This document shows, piece by piece, positions 52,930-64,000 of a DNA stretch of 64,000 bases. The translations under genes and the position numbers were made by a program. Every line of letters begins with the position of its first letter. The first letter of the stretch is position 1. The notes beneath the pieces are model-generated. The model did no database searches. It was not told where the DNA came from and saw only the letters and a program-made list of their open reading frames with translations. Source of the DNA: Eledone cirrhosa. Taxonomy: Eukaryota. Where the stretch lies: the NCBI GenBank assembly GCA_964016885.1, contig OZ024741.1:68014001-68078000 (forward strand). The letters are read 5' to 3'.

Positions 52930-53690
52930 CGGCCGCCTTTCTACATTGATGCGAAACGTGAACAACTTACAGGCATCACATCAAGCAGCTGGAAAGATTT
53001 CATCGGCAATGCATCCGATGTATCCAGAACATCAAGTGATCCTCTTATACACCTGATGATGCTGTACTTGAGGAACGGGTATCACCAGTATTAAGAAGAG
53101 GATTATTATAAACCAGATACTTTGGGTTGATCATGTGGTCAGGATGGAAGATGGAAGGCTGCCTAAACAGTTTATTGAATGGGGAGCTGACCAGAATAAA
53201 GGTCACAGCATAAACCAAACAAGTGGTTTAGGGATGTCATAAAAGACAATATTAAGGTTCTGAAGAACTAGGGGAAACATTGGTGGAAGCCTCTACATGA
53301 TTCAAAATGATCAAGTATGGATTTGATGTCTCTGAGAAAACGCGAGAGGAGCATGCTGCTTTGAATTGTTCACTCCGTAAGCGGGACACAATGGCAGTGC
53401 TTGCAAAAATCCAGCAGAAATTGAGGTTCAGCGTATGTAGCCGATTTCTTCTATCAAGAGCTGGATTTGTCAACTATCTGAAGTCACATGAGCCAATGAG
53501 AAATCGAGCCTCTTGTGAGATAGTTCTATTGCCTTGCCTTCCACAGTACATTTCCAGTGAGTATGGCTTAATTTGCAAGTCAGCTGGTGGGCTGACCAGA
53601 CATAGTAGAATGCATGTACACACACACAACAGTTCTTGTGTCACACCTGTAAACGTGCCTCCAAAACAAAAGCGGGTCTGAAATGTCACC
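52930..53690 (+). pseudogene. Decayed RTE LINE 3' part with zinc fingers
   Basis: HVVRMEDGRLPKQ, CSRFLLSRAGFVNYLKSH, CKSAGGLTRHSRMH. Confidence 0.75.
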
Positions 53691-53699
53691 TGCTTGCAC

Positions 53700-53950
53700 A
53701 CGGTCGTGCAATGTTCAATGAAGGGATAGAAATCTTTTGATGAGATTTCATTTTGGCTTGTTTAATTATGTACGATGGTCGGCTGAAATGTTCATGGAAT
53801 GACCAAATGAACTTTAGTCTTAGTAGCCTGGAATAGGGGAGCGGAGTTGCAGTGCTGTTTAGGAAAGATGTGGATCTCGAGACACGGGCGATAGTCCTGG
53901 ACCCGGATGATACGTTGGTAGTCCTGGACGTGAGCAATAGCGACACCGTC
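53700..53950 (+). pseudogene. Possible L1/Tx1-type AP endonuclease fragment
   Basis: SGVAVLFRK...DPDDTLVVLDV. Confidence 0.4.
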
Positions 53951-54010
53951 ATCAACAACAACAATATCATCATAATCATCATCATAGCTGTTATTATTAC
54001 TATCACCCTT

Positions 54011-54440
54011 AGGGCGGTGGATTGGCAGTATCGGTAGAGCGTCGGACAACATGCTTTTCAGCATAGAGTTACGGCTCCTTATGATCTGAGATCAAATGCC
54101 GCCGAGGTTAACTTTGCCTTTCATCCTTACGGGGTCGATAAAATAAAGTACTAGTCACGCACTGGGATCGATTTAATCGACCCACCCACCCCCACCACAC
54201 CCCAAATGGCTGGCCTTGTGCCTATATAAGAAACAATTATTACTATCGCCCTTCGGTGGATTCACGGTTTCAGTAGAACCTCGGAAAACATGGTTTTACG
54301 TTCTGAGTTCAAATTCTGCCGAGGTTAGTTTTGCCATTCATCCTTACAGGGTCTATAAAATGAAGTACACACTGGGGTCGATTTAATAAACTTTCTCCTT
54401 CCCTTCAAATTGTTGCTTGTGACAAATGTAGAAACTGTTA
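54011..54440 (+). mobile_element. Two tandem tRNA-derived SINEs
   Basis: Same family consensus. Confidence 0.85.
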
Positions 54441-55039
54441 TTACTATCATTCTTCTATGAGTATCGACACCATAACTGGCTATTATTTATTAACGAGTAT
54501 TGTTAGTTTATTCCTAGTTGCTTTGTTTTTTCTCAGCTCCTGTTAGATTAAATTATGGAAATCCCTCTTGATAAAGTATATAACAAATTTATATATGTAT
54601 ATTGAATTGTTTAAAAGGGATCGAAAACGAGCAAAGATCATGCTATGCTGATGAGGCAAAATCGATAAGGCCACAAATATCCATGATTCTTTTTCATTCT
54701 TGAAACAAAGATCTGATTGTCCTCGTATGCATTTTAATTTAACCATGAATATATTCTTAATTTCTTCAAATTATCTCCCATTCTCACTCAATGTTGCCAA
54801 TAATTACTTGCTTGGCTTTTGTTGTCCTTCTGTCAGTGATGGAATTTTTTAATAGATTAAACAGAAAAATTAAATCTGTTGTATTCTGCATTCACTGTAC
54901 CCACTCATCTACCACTTTCTCTTTGTATACAATCACACAAACGTATACACAAGTGTGTGTGTGTGTACATACATATATACGTATGTATGTATTTATGTTT
55001 GATAAGCAGAACGAAATTTACATAATGATATATTTACGG

Positions 55040-55210
55040 CAAAACCAGCCGGCAGGAGACCCAGGGGTAGACCCCGGGCAAGATGGTTGGATAACATCCA
55101 TGAGCTTGGCTGGTTACGTTTGGCGATCCAGCCGGATCAGTTGGAGACGGTTGCTTCTGAAAGGACCCACTGGAAGGAGTGTTTGAGGACTCTGCCCCCA
55201 CAACCCTCTC
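55040..55210 (+). pseudogene. RTE LINE extreme 3' end
   Basis: GRPRGRPRARWLDNI...W...LPPQPS followed directly by (GAA)n. Confidence 0.7.
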
Positions 55211-55491
55211 AAGAAGAAGAAGAAGAAGAAGAAGAAGAAGAAGAAGAAGAAGAAGAAGAAGAAGAAGAAGAAGAAGAAGAAGAAGACGACGACGACGATG
55301 ACGACGAAGAAGAAGAAGAAGAAGAAGAAGAAGAAGAAGAAGAAGAAGAAGAAGAAGAAGAAGAAGAAGAAGAAGAAGAAGAAGAAGAAGAAGAAGAAGA
55401 AGAAGACGACGACGACGACGACGACGACGACGAAGAAGAAAAAGAAGAAGAAGAAGAAGAAGAAGAAGAAGAAGAAGAAGAAGAAGAAGAA

Positions 55492-55526
<35 letters not shown>

Positions 55527-55608
55527 AGAAGAAGAAGAAGAAGAAGAAGAAGAAGAAGAAGAAGAAGAAGAAGAAGAAGAAGAAAAAGAAGAAGAAGAAG
55601 AAGAAGAA

Positions 55609-55650
<42 letters not shown>

Positions 55651-55758
55651 AACGACGACGACGACGAAGAAGAAGAAGAAGAAGAAGAAGAAGAAGAAGA
55701 AGAAGAAGAAGAAGAAGAAGAAGAAGAAGAAGAAGAAGAAGAAGAAGAAGAAGAAGAA

Positions 55759-55794
<36 letters not shown>

Positions 55795-55857
55795 AACGAC
55801 GACGAAGAAGAAGAAGAAGAAGAAGAAGAAGAAGAAGAAGAAGAAGAAGAAGAAGAA
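55211..55857 (+). repeat. (GAA)n/(GAC)n alternating microsatellite
   Basis: Direct reading. Confidence 0.95.
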
Positions 55858-56053
55858 GGTATATGGTTGATGATCAGGCATGAATAACTATTGAATCAAC
55901 ACAGTGGTTATTATACGTTAGAATATGATGAATAGTAATATAGTGTCATTTAGTTAATTTATATAAGTATAACACGTGGAAAGACCACATCGTGTTGGTA
56001 CCATAATTATTAACACTGGACCACCAACATTGTTCCGTGTTATTATTATACAG

Positions 56054-56875
56054 AGGGCGGTGGATTGGCAGTATCGGTAGGACGTCGGGCACCATGCTTT
56101 GTGGCAAAGAGTTACAGCTCTTTACGTTCTCTCTTCAAATTCCGCCGAGGTTAGCTTTGCCTTTCATCCTTACGGGGTCGATAAAATAAAGTACCAGTAA
56201 TGCACTGAGGTCGATTTAATCGACTTTCCACTCTCCCAAAGTTACTTGGCTTGTGTCTATAGTAGAAACCATTATTAATAAAAATAAAGGGCGGTGGATT
56301 GGCAGTATCGGTAGAGGGTCGGACGTCATGCTTTGCAGCATAGTTACGTCCCCTTACGGACTGAGTTCAAATCCCGCCGAGGTTAACTTTGCCTTTCATC
56401 CTTACGGGGTCGATAAAATAAAGTACCAGTAATACACTGGGATAATTGCTGGCCTTGCACCAAAAAGTAGAAACAATTATTAATATTAATATATCAGACG
56501 GTGTATTAGCGAAATAGTTAGAGCGTATTTAGTTAAGGTACTTAAGGTTGTGAGTTCAAATCCTACAGTGACCAAATTTGCCTTCGATCCTTCAGGTGTC
56601 GTTAAGATAAAGTACCAGCTAATTATTGAGGTCTATATATTTTCGGCTACATCGTACCATGCACACGTTCGTGATATTGTGCCTATGTTAGAAACTGTTA
56701 TTGGTTCATATATTGATTATCGTTTCCAATTTAGGCACAAAGCCAAAACTGTTGGGTTTGTGCCTAATTTCTATTACATTTTGGGCCTCAAGTCGATTAA
56801 ATTAACCCAGTACTTGACTGGTACTTATTTTATGGACCTCGTAAAGGCAAGGTTGACCTCGGTAGGATTTGAATT
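56054..56875. mobile_element. Cluster of four SINE copies
   Basis: 56054-56276, 56288-56480 and 56510-56700 on +, 56720-56875 on -. Confidence 0.8.
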
Positions 56876-56895
56876 TATATATTAACAATATTAAC

Positions 56896-57052
<157 letters not shown>

Positions 57053-57575
57053 ATAGCCATAAGAAGTGAGTGAGAGAAAAACAAACAGAAAATGAATATT
57101 TCAATATGGGAGTATTAAATTTAGACAAAATCAAAATCTTTCCAGATTTTACATTACTTAACATTCATCTCCGACAGATAAAGAAATATCTATATAATAC
57201 TGGAGTTAATTCAACCAACCGTGTCCTGATGCAAAGATAAGAATCCAATATTAATGCTAAAGTCACATCTATATTAATCTCCATTAAGACACCAGTCTTA
57301 ACCTTCAATATCGTAGAGTGATTTAGGCGGTAAAGCCACAGAAGGAACAAAGGGCACGAGCGGCTTTTAATTATGTCGTTTATATTCAATATTCCTTCAT
57401 CCTAAAGGGTTTTATGAAAGGCAACCCAGAAACATCAATAATATATCTATCCTTTATAAATCTGTGGTGTTACGTCAACATGAATATATGTGCGTGTGTG
57501 TGTGTGTTTGCGTGTGTGTGTGTGTATGTGTGTGTGTGTGTGTGTATGTTTGTGTGTGTGTGTATGTTTGTGTGT

Positions 57576-57611
<36 letters not shown>

Positions 57612-57623
57612 TTGTGTGTGTGT

Positions 57624-57687
<64 letters not shown>

Positions 57688-58199
57688 ATATAATACCATA
57701 GCTGATGTTTGCATAAATAGGTAACCCCGTAATAGGCTGTGTCTGAGACATGATTACAATTCTCGGTTAAAACCAATTTCTTTCAGATACAACATTTATA
57801 ATTTAAGGCCTACGAACAGAAACGGAAATATATTGTTGTTCAAGTAGATCTACAATCAAAAATGTTACAAACATGACCATCTCATCAAATATAACCTATG
57901 TAGGAATATATTATCAAATCTACCATTTTACAGTTTAGATTGGAGGATATTACTTGAAAACGGTTTTCTTCTCTCATCAAATAAATATAATATGTAAACA
58001 CCACAGACCTTATACAAACCTTTACATCAAGTCCGCCACCCAAGAACTGGATCTGGATTTCTTTCTCTGCTCGTGTTTTTTTTTACATACGTTGACTTGA
58101 AACGGTTCAAGTTAATTTAACGAAATCTATAAAACTGGTCACGGAATGACTGTAAAGTCCAAAAGGCTGAGCTTTGTTCAATGTCATGTAGCTACGCCA

Positions 58200-58510
58200 A
58201 CAGTAAACTTAATCCTGACATTAACACTGACCATAAACATAAACCTAACCATAAATCTGGTCCTAAAACTAAACATAATCCTAAACCTTCACTCTTACAA
58301 TAACAATAACCACCCTTATCGTAAACATTAACCTTAAATCTGAACCTAGACCCAAACACTACCATAATCCAAGCTCTAACATTAACCATAACTCCATTCC
58401 AAACACTACCTATAACCATAAAATTAGGCATAAATCTGATCAAGAACCCTAACCCAAATCCTAACCCTAATCCTAACCCTAACCCTAGCCCTACCCCTAA
58501 CACTCATCCC
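58200..58510. repeat. Degenerate (CCCTAA)n-like hexamer tract
   Basis: CCCTAACCC...CCTAACCCTAACCCTAG, decaying leftwards. Confidence 0.7.
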
Positions 58511-59215
58511 AACCATTGGATCGTATATTAATTGTTATAGGTGTGTATTACTCAAAGATCGTTGTCTTCAATCTCCAGTTAATCTATCTTGGGGAAATAT
58601 TTATATTTGTTGATATTAAAAGATATTAAACTACAGTGTGAGATCAGCTGTGAGATTTTGCTTTAACATTTACCAAAACATGATTAAATTGTCCATCTCA
58701 ACAAGGAATACATTATTCAACAAATTTCAATTAAACTATAGAATGTTTGCAATAAAACAATAAATAACGAAAATAAGTAAGCGGAGATAACAACAGACTC
58801 TACACCCAAATCTAGGTGGTATATCTTAGCTACGTTCCACAAACAAAATGTCGAAGGCATTGTCACATAGAACAGTCAGTGATACATGCTGCATCAGCCA
58901 CCCCATCCCACGGGGCTCCTTACTCAGGTGGATGCAATCATTACACATTTTCAGAGGGGAAAACGGCAGTTTGGTGACCGAGGACACCAGAATTCTCAAC
59001 GGCGACTGTCAGGAAAAGAAAACGATCGGCCAAGTCCCAGTATTTGAATATCTTCGGCTCCCATGTGTTACAGGAAGCAGTGGCCGAAGCGACAAGGTTA
59101 ATGGTGGGGAACGTGTTGCAACACGGGGCCTTTCGAATGAGAAATTACCTGTCTCAACATACTCGAGGTCAGCAAGCTCTGGGTGGGAAACTGGTTGCTG
59201 CGCTAAGGCTCCTTC

Positions 59216-59403
59216 TAATAATTGTTTCTACTTTTGGCACAAGGCCAGCAAATACCCAGTGCATGACTGGTACTTTATTTTATCGACCCCGTAAGGATGA
59301 AAGGCAAAGTTAACCTCGGCGAATTTGAACTCATAACGTAAAGGGCCATAACTCCATGTTGCAAAGCAAGAAGTTGTCTGACGCTCTACCGATACTGCCA
59401 ATC
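59216..59403 (-). mobile_element. tRNA-derived SINE
   Basis: Family consensus. Confidence 0.85.
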
Positions 59404-60319
59404 CTTCTAATAATGACGTTGGAGGCGACGTGTCGAGGAAATCGACTGCACAGTGGAATAATGATTTCAGCGTACGCTTAAGATGATATTTTCACAATCA
59501 TGTGGTTCCGGGTTCGATCTGGTCAATCGGTTATTATTTGTAAGGAGTTTGAGCAGAAGCATGTCGGAGGGACTGTATTTGTTTTTGGTCGATATACTTA
59601 ATCCGTCACCCAGGAAAACACAACTTCTTGACCCTTAGGAAAGCTCGCTTGCAAGCATCCGTTCCAGATTACGAATATGAGGAAAATTACTTCCCTTCAC
59701 CCTACCAGTGAAGAGTTATTCTATACATGACCATTCCAACTTTTCTTTGTTTACCATATATTCTATTTAATACAGCGTTATCAAATCTGTCATCCACCTT
59801 TTTAAGATGGTTGGGTGTGATATAAGGAACATTTGGTTGATATCTCTAGCAGGTTGATGGCCTCTGTAGAGGCATAGGTATCATATGACTAATCATAAAA
59901 TCAAAAGTTCGTACCTAATGACAGAAACTACCCATAATTCATACAATGACGTACATGCTATATAGAGCTATCAGAAGCAGATGGATACATTAGTTATAGA
60001 AAGAAATACAGTGTCAGTAATAGAATGATCGTTAAATTGTAACGTTGCTTTGATGACAAATATCGCCCTCGTTGGCTACATTGGACTAGAAAGGCTGAAA
60101 AATATGTATGGACAGTGTCCAACTTCGTTCAAGTCTATTTAAATATAAATATATCACTAAATTACACGCTGGTTTCAAAGGATCTATGTTCTAGTTGAAA
60201 GGCCAACGAAAGTGTCTACCATTGTATGATAGTTTAAACGGCTGAGTACACCTATATATGTATCATAATGCTCAAACTGACACAGCATAACTCTAAATGT
60301 ATCATTGCTCGGACACCTA

Positions 60320-60389
<70 letters not shown>

Positions 60390-60931
60390 GTGGCGGTGGT
60401 GGTGGAGGTAAGAAACTCTCAGGGGAGCTGAACAGCAGAAGGTTTTGAGAGAAGAAACCACCCTCAAGCAAATGTTTATTTTAACTGCGAGAATCCAAAC
60501 GCAGAAAAGAACTGTAACAAAGCTTTAGAAAGTCGGGTTAAACACCCTACTGCTACCGAAAAGAGAACTCTTGAATAAATGCTGAATGCGTTAGCCATTG
60601 GGTTAAGGGACGGCTGACAACGAAACCCGTCCAAATTAAGAAGTTACGATTTGAAATTTGAAATGTGGGAATCCAAACGGAAAAAAGAACTATGATAACA
60701 GTCGATTGCTATAAATGATTGCTTTAGAAAATCGGATAAAATATCTTTAAGACGGATAAAGTAGCCTGCAGCATGCATAATTTTCTGATTCATGAATAAT
60801 TTTACGTCACGTTTTGTGGTTGCACACCCGGGGTTCATGTATGTAACTATTTAATAATCGGATAGAATTTTTAAATGGTAATTTAAATGTTCTTATATGC
60901 AAGCAAGAATAAAATATGTTGACTGAATATG

Positions 60932-61203
60932 TACGCGGTTCGGCTGAAAGATTCATAGGCCGAGGTTAACTTTGTCTTTCACCTTTACCGGGTCGATAAA
61001 ATAAAGCACCAGTAATGCACTGGAATAATTGCTGGTCTTGTGTCAAAAGTAGAAACAATTAATTTCAACTCTTCTTGTTAATGACTGCATTGTTTCTTTC
61101 CAGGGACTATGTTGAAAAATAAACCCCATTTGGTCATTTCTTGAAAGTATCTTAGTCAGTCTATGAGATTTACAGCCTATGAACTTTTCAGCCGACCCTT
61201 GTA
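60932..61203. mobile_element. Mariner-type MITE interrupted by a partial SINE (60958-61062)
   Basis: TA-CGCGGTTCGGCTGAAAGATTCATAGGC versus GCCTATGAACTTTTCAGCCGACCCTTG-TA. Confidence 0.65.
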
Positions 61204-62243
61204 TGTTGTGTATAATCGGGTTTCAGTGAGTTTTCAGAGAGCCCAATATATATTTTTTCCATATCTGATCTATACACCAGCTCTTTCAACAGGCTTCTAT
61301 TGTTAAAAGGACAATTTGTTATATATTTGTAGGTACATCCCTATTTGACAACATTCATAACTTATCGATCATTGAGTAATGCAAATAAATAAAATACTAT
61401 GCTGGTTTCGAATTGGTCATATACCTTTGAAATACATTCTATGAAGACCAGGTCATATTCCCCTCTATGTTCTTATGGTGACTCTCCAGAAACACTTTGG
61501 TGCTATGTGTTCCAATCTAGAAACTAATCAATCTTTAAAAAACTACAAGGATTAGAAGTTCTATATATGATTAAGTGTCTACCAAATATAAACAAAATCT
61601 TTGAGTACATGGAAGCTAGGAAAAGATTCCACAACAGAAACTACTAGCTGTTTTACAGCTTGCCTCCTTTCCTATTTGTGTTTTCTTATGCATAATCTGC
61701 CTCCCATTGGCCTTCAATATTTGAAATTTTTATCGTTATTTTATTTTTTCTATTTTTTTTTCCTTTTATAATGTATTTATTTATTTTTATCGTTTCTCTC
61801 ACTAGCTCTTTTTTATTACCAACTGTAAGGTGTATTCGATACTTCCCCTCGCCTGTCATGGCTTATTAGCTCTATTCGTACGTTTAAATTGATTAAATAA
61901 ATAAACAAATATGGTTCGACGTTTATCTGAGTTCCTTAAACAACTATAGTTAATCTTGATGGGATTACTATTTAAAAAATAGCCAGGAAAATATGAACTT
62001 ATCATGGTTAGGAATTACCTTGCAGTGTTTCTGGGTATATTTATATGGTGTTGGTTAAATTACATTATTTTTCTGTTACTTTATTTTAGTGGTTCTTTAG
62101 TGGTTCTCTATATTCAACATAAGCTTATCGTTGAAACAACATTTTGTAAACCATTTTTCTCTTTTTTTTTTTTTTTTGTAGAATTGGAATTCTTTATCAA
62201 ATATAACCTTATATGTATAAATGTGTGGGTGAGTACATATATA

Positions 62244-62344
62244 CAGGGTGTCCCCTAAAAATACATACACACTTCGATTACCTGTACAGGCAATATTTAT
62301 TCGAATGCTGTTGAAGTGTATATACATGTTTATGGTACACCCTG
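62244..62344. mobile_element. Tc1/mariner-type MITE, 101 bp
   Basis: TA|CAGGGTGTCC...GGTACACCCTG|TA. Confidence 0.75.
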
Positions 62345-62495
62345 TAAATGTACGTGTATTTGAGTGTGTGTGTGTGTGTGTGTTTGTGTATGTGTGTGTG
62401 CGTGTGCAATAAGTATTATTTCACATTACCACAGAATGGTGTGTACTTTCGTTTCCCTAATTGAATTTCACACCAGTATGATATGACTAGTCGTG

Positions 62496-62526
<31 letters not shown>

Positions 62527-62558
62527 ATATATATATAAATATATATACAAATATATAC

Positions 62559-62628
<70 letters not shown>

Positions 62629-62709
62629 TTACATATATATATATACATATATATATGTATATATATATATACATATATATATATACACACTCATGTATAT
62701 ATACAGTAT

Positions 62710-62740
<31 letters not shown>

Positions 62741-62796
62741 CTATATATATACATGAGTGTGTGTTTGTGTGTCTGTGTCTCTGTGTGTGTGTGAGT

Positions 62797-62876
<80 letters not shown>

Positions 62877-63139
62877 AGTTATGCTTGTTTGTGTGTATCT
62901 GCTTTATATGCATTTCTACTATTAGGTGTATATGCAACTTGCACAGTGCAAGTATCTTCGTATCATTTCGTGTTTGTGTATTCTTCAATATACTCTCATA
63001 CCCATGTTTATACGATGAATCAAAACACGTATGTATATATATGTATATATATGTGTATATGTGTTTATATGAGTGTTCACGTGATTGTGCATATGTATGT
63101 TTGTATGAATGTATATACGTACGCATAATATGTTTATAT

Positions 63140-63214
<75 letters not shown>

Positions 63215-63297
63215 TGCACACATATATATATATGCATGTATCGGTTTACCGAACATTTATTATAATGCTCGGTTTGTTTGTTTGTTTGTAAACAAAC

Positions 63298-63664
63298 AAA
63301 CAGCCCGAATTACGCCGTACAGTGTTTAGGCAACCACGTCACCTTTTTGTTCAACACTGACACAGGAACGATGTACTAGTTTCAAGTTTATTAGCTATCG
63401 TCAGCATCGTAAACCTTCCTGCCAGATGGTTGAACGTCTGAAAGTATATACTTTCCTTATGTATATTAAAGGCTGAGCAGCCTAATTTGCATGTCGAGTG
63501 AGTTCAGTCGGCCGGGCACACCGAAAACGATAAATGGAATAGAATGAAACGAAATTTCAATTCTCACTCTTAGTACGGCACTTACTTAAATGTAAGTATG
63601 TATGTATGTATACGTAAATACATATATGTTGCCTAAAGACTGTACGGCGTAATTCGGGCTGTTT
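63298..63664. mobile_element. Short element with 37 bp inverted ends and an internal hammerhead; another end begins at 63940
   Basis: AAACAGCCCGAATTACGCCGTACAGT at 63298 and 63940, reverse complement at 63628-63664. Confidence 0.65.
63368..63410 (-). ncRNA. Minimal type I hammerhead
   Basis: ACGATG-CTGACGA-TAG..CTT-GAAA-CTAG-TA-CATCGT, with 6 bp stem I, weak stem II and palindrome ACTAGT. Confidence 0.7.
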
Positions 63665-63667
63665 ATG

Positions 63668-63818
<151 letters not shown>

Positions 63819-63876
63819 ATATATATATATATGCTTACATATATATATACATATGTATATATATATATATACTATG

Positions 63877-63936
<60 letters not shown>

Positions 63937-64000
63937 CACAAACAGCCCGAATTACGCCGTACAGTCTTTAGGTAACATATATGTATGTACGTATACATAC

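Noticed and set aside
54640-54690. CTGATGA-GGC...GCC-ACAA motif
   Set aside because: GAAA absent and stems only 3 bp. It may be a relic but is not supportable.
55087-55887. 266 aa acidic ORF
   Set aside because: RTE C-terminal remnant running into a GAA/GAC repeat.
58850-59210. Weak RTE-like remnant (IGQVPVFEYL/GS)
   Set aside because: Too decayed to call with confidence.

Overview
AT-rich, microsatellite-saturated eukaryotic DNA with no recognisable conventional host gene. The SINE, LINE and microsatellite content suggests an octopus or other cephalopod genome (inference). Most ORFs in the track are translations of (TA)n, (CA)n or trinucleotide repeats. The dominant signal is Penelope-like retroelements (PLEs) of several families inserted into (TA)n tracts. 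These include a ~4.5 kb 5'-truncated Naiad-like element, three GIY-YIG 3' ends of Neptune-like type, one more PLE, and more than 15 short foldback insertions. By eye I count about 24 type I hammerhead ribozyme motifs: 11 with the canonical core, others with U4C or U3-A8 variant cores, and some decayed. There are also CR1 and RTE LINE fragments, many tRNA-derived SINEs, Tc1/mariner-type MITEs and a Helitron end. One 3.6 kb island (22773-26398) differs from the rest. It carries an apparently intact 3-exon SGNH/GDSL-hydrolase-like gene with 55 and 57 nt introns, a convergent BACK-like pseudogene, iterated repeats and long inverted repeats, and it looks like cargo of a DNA-based mobile element. 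All structures were read manually, so element boundaries are approximate.
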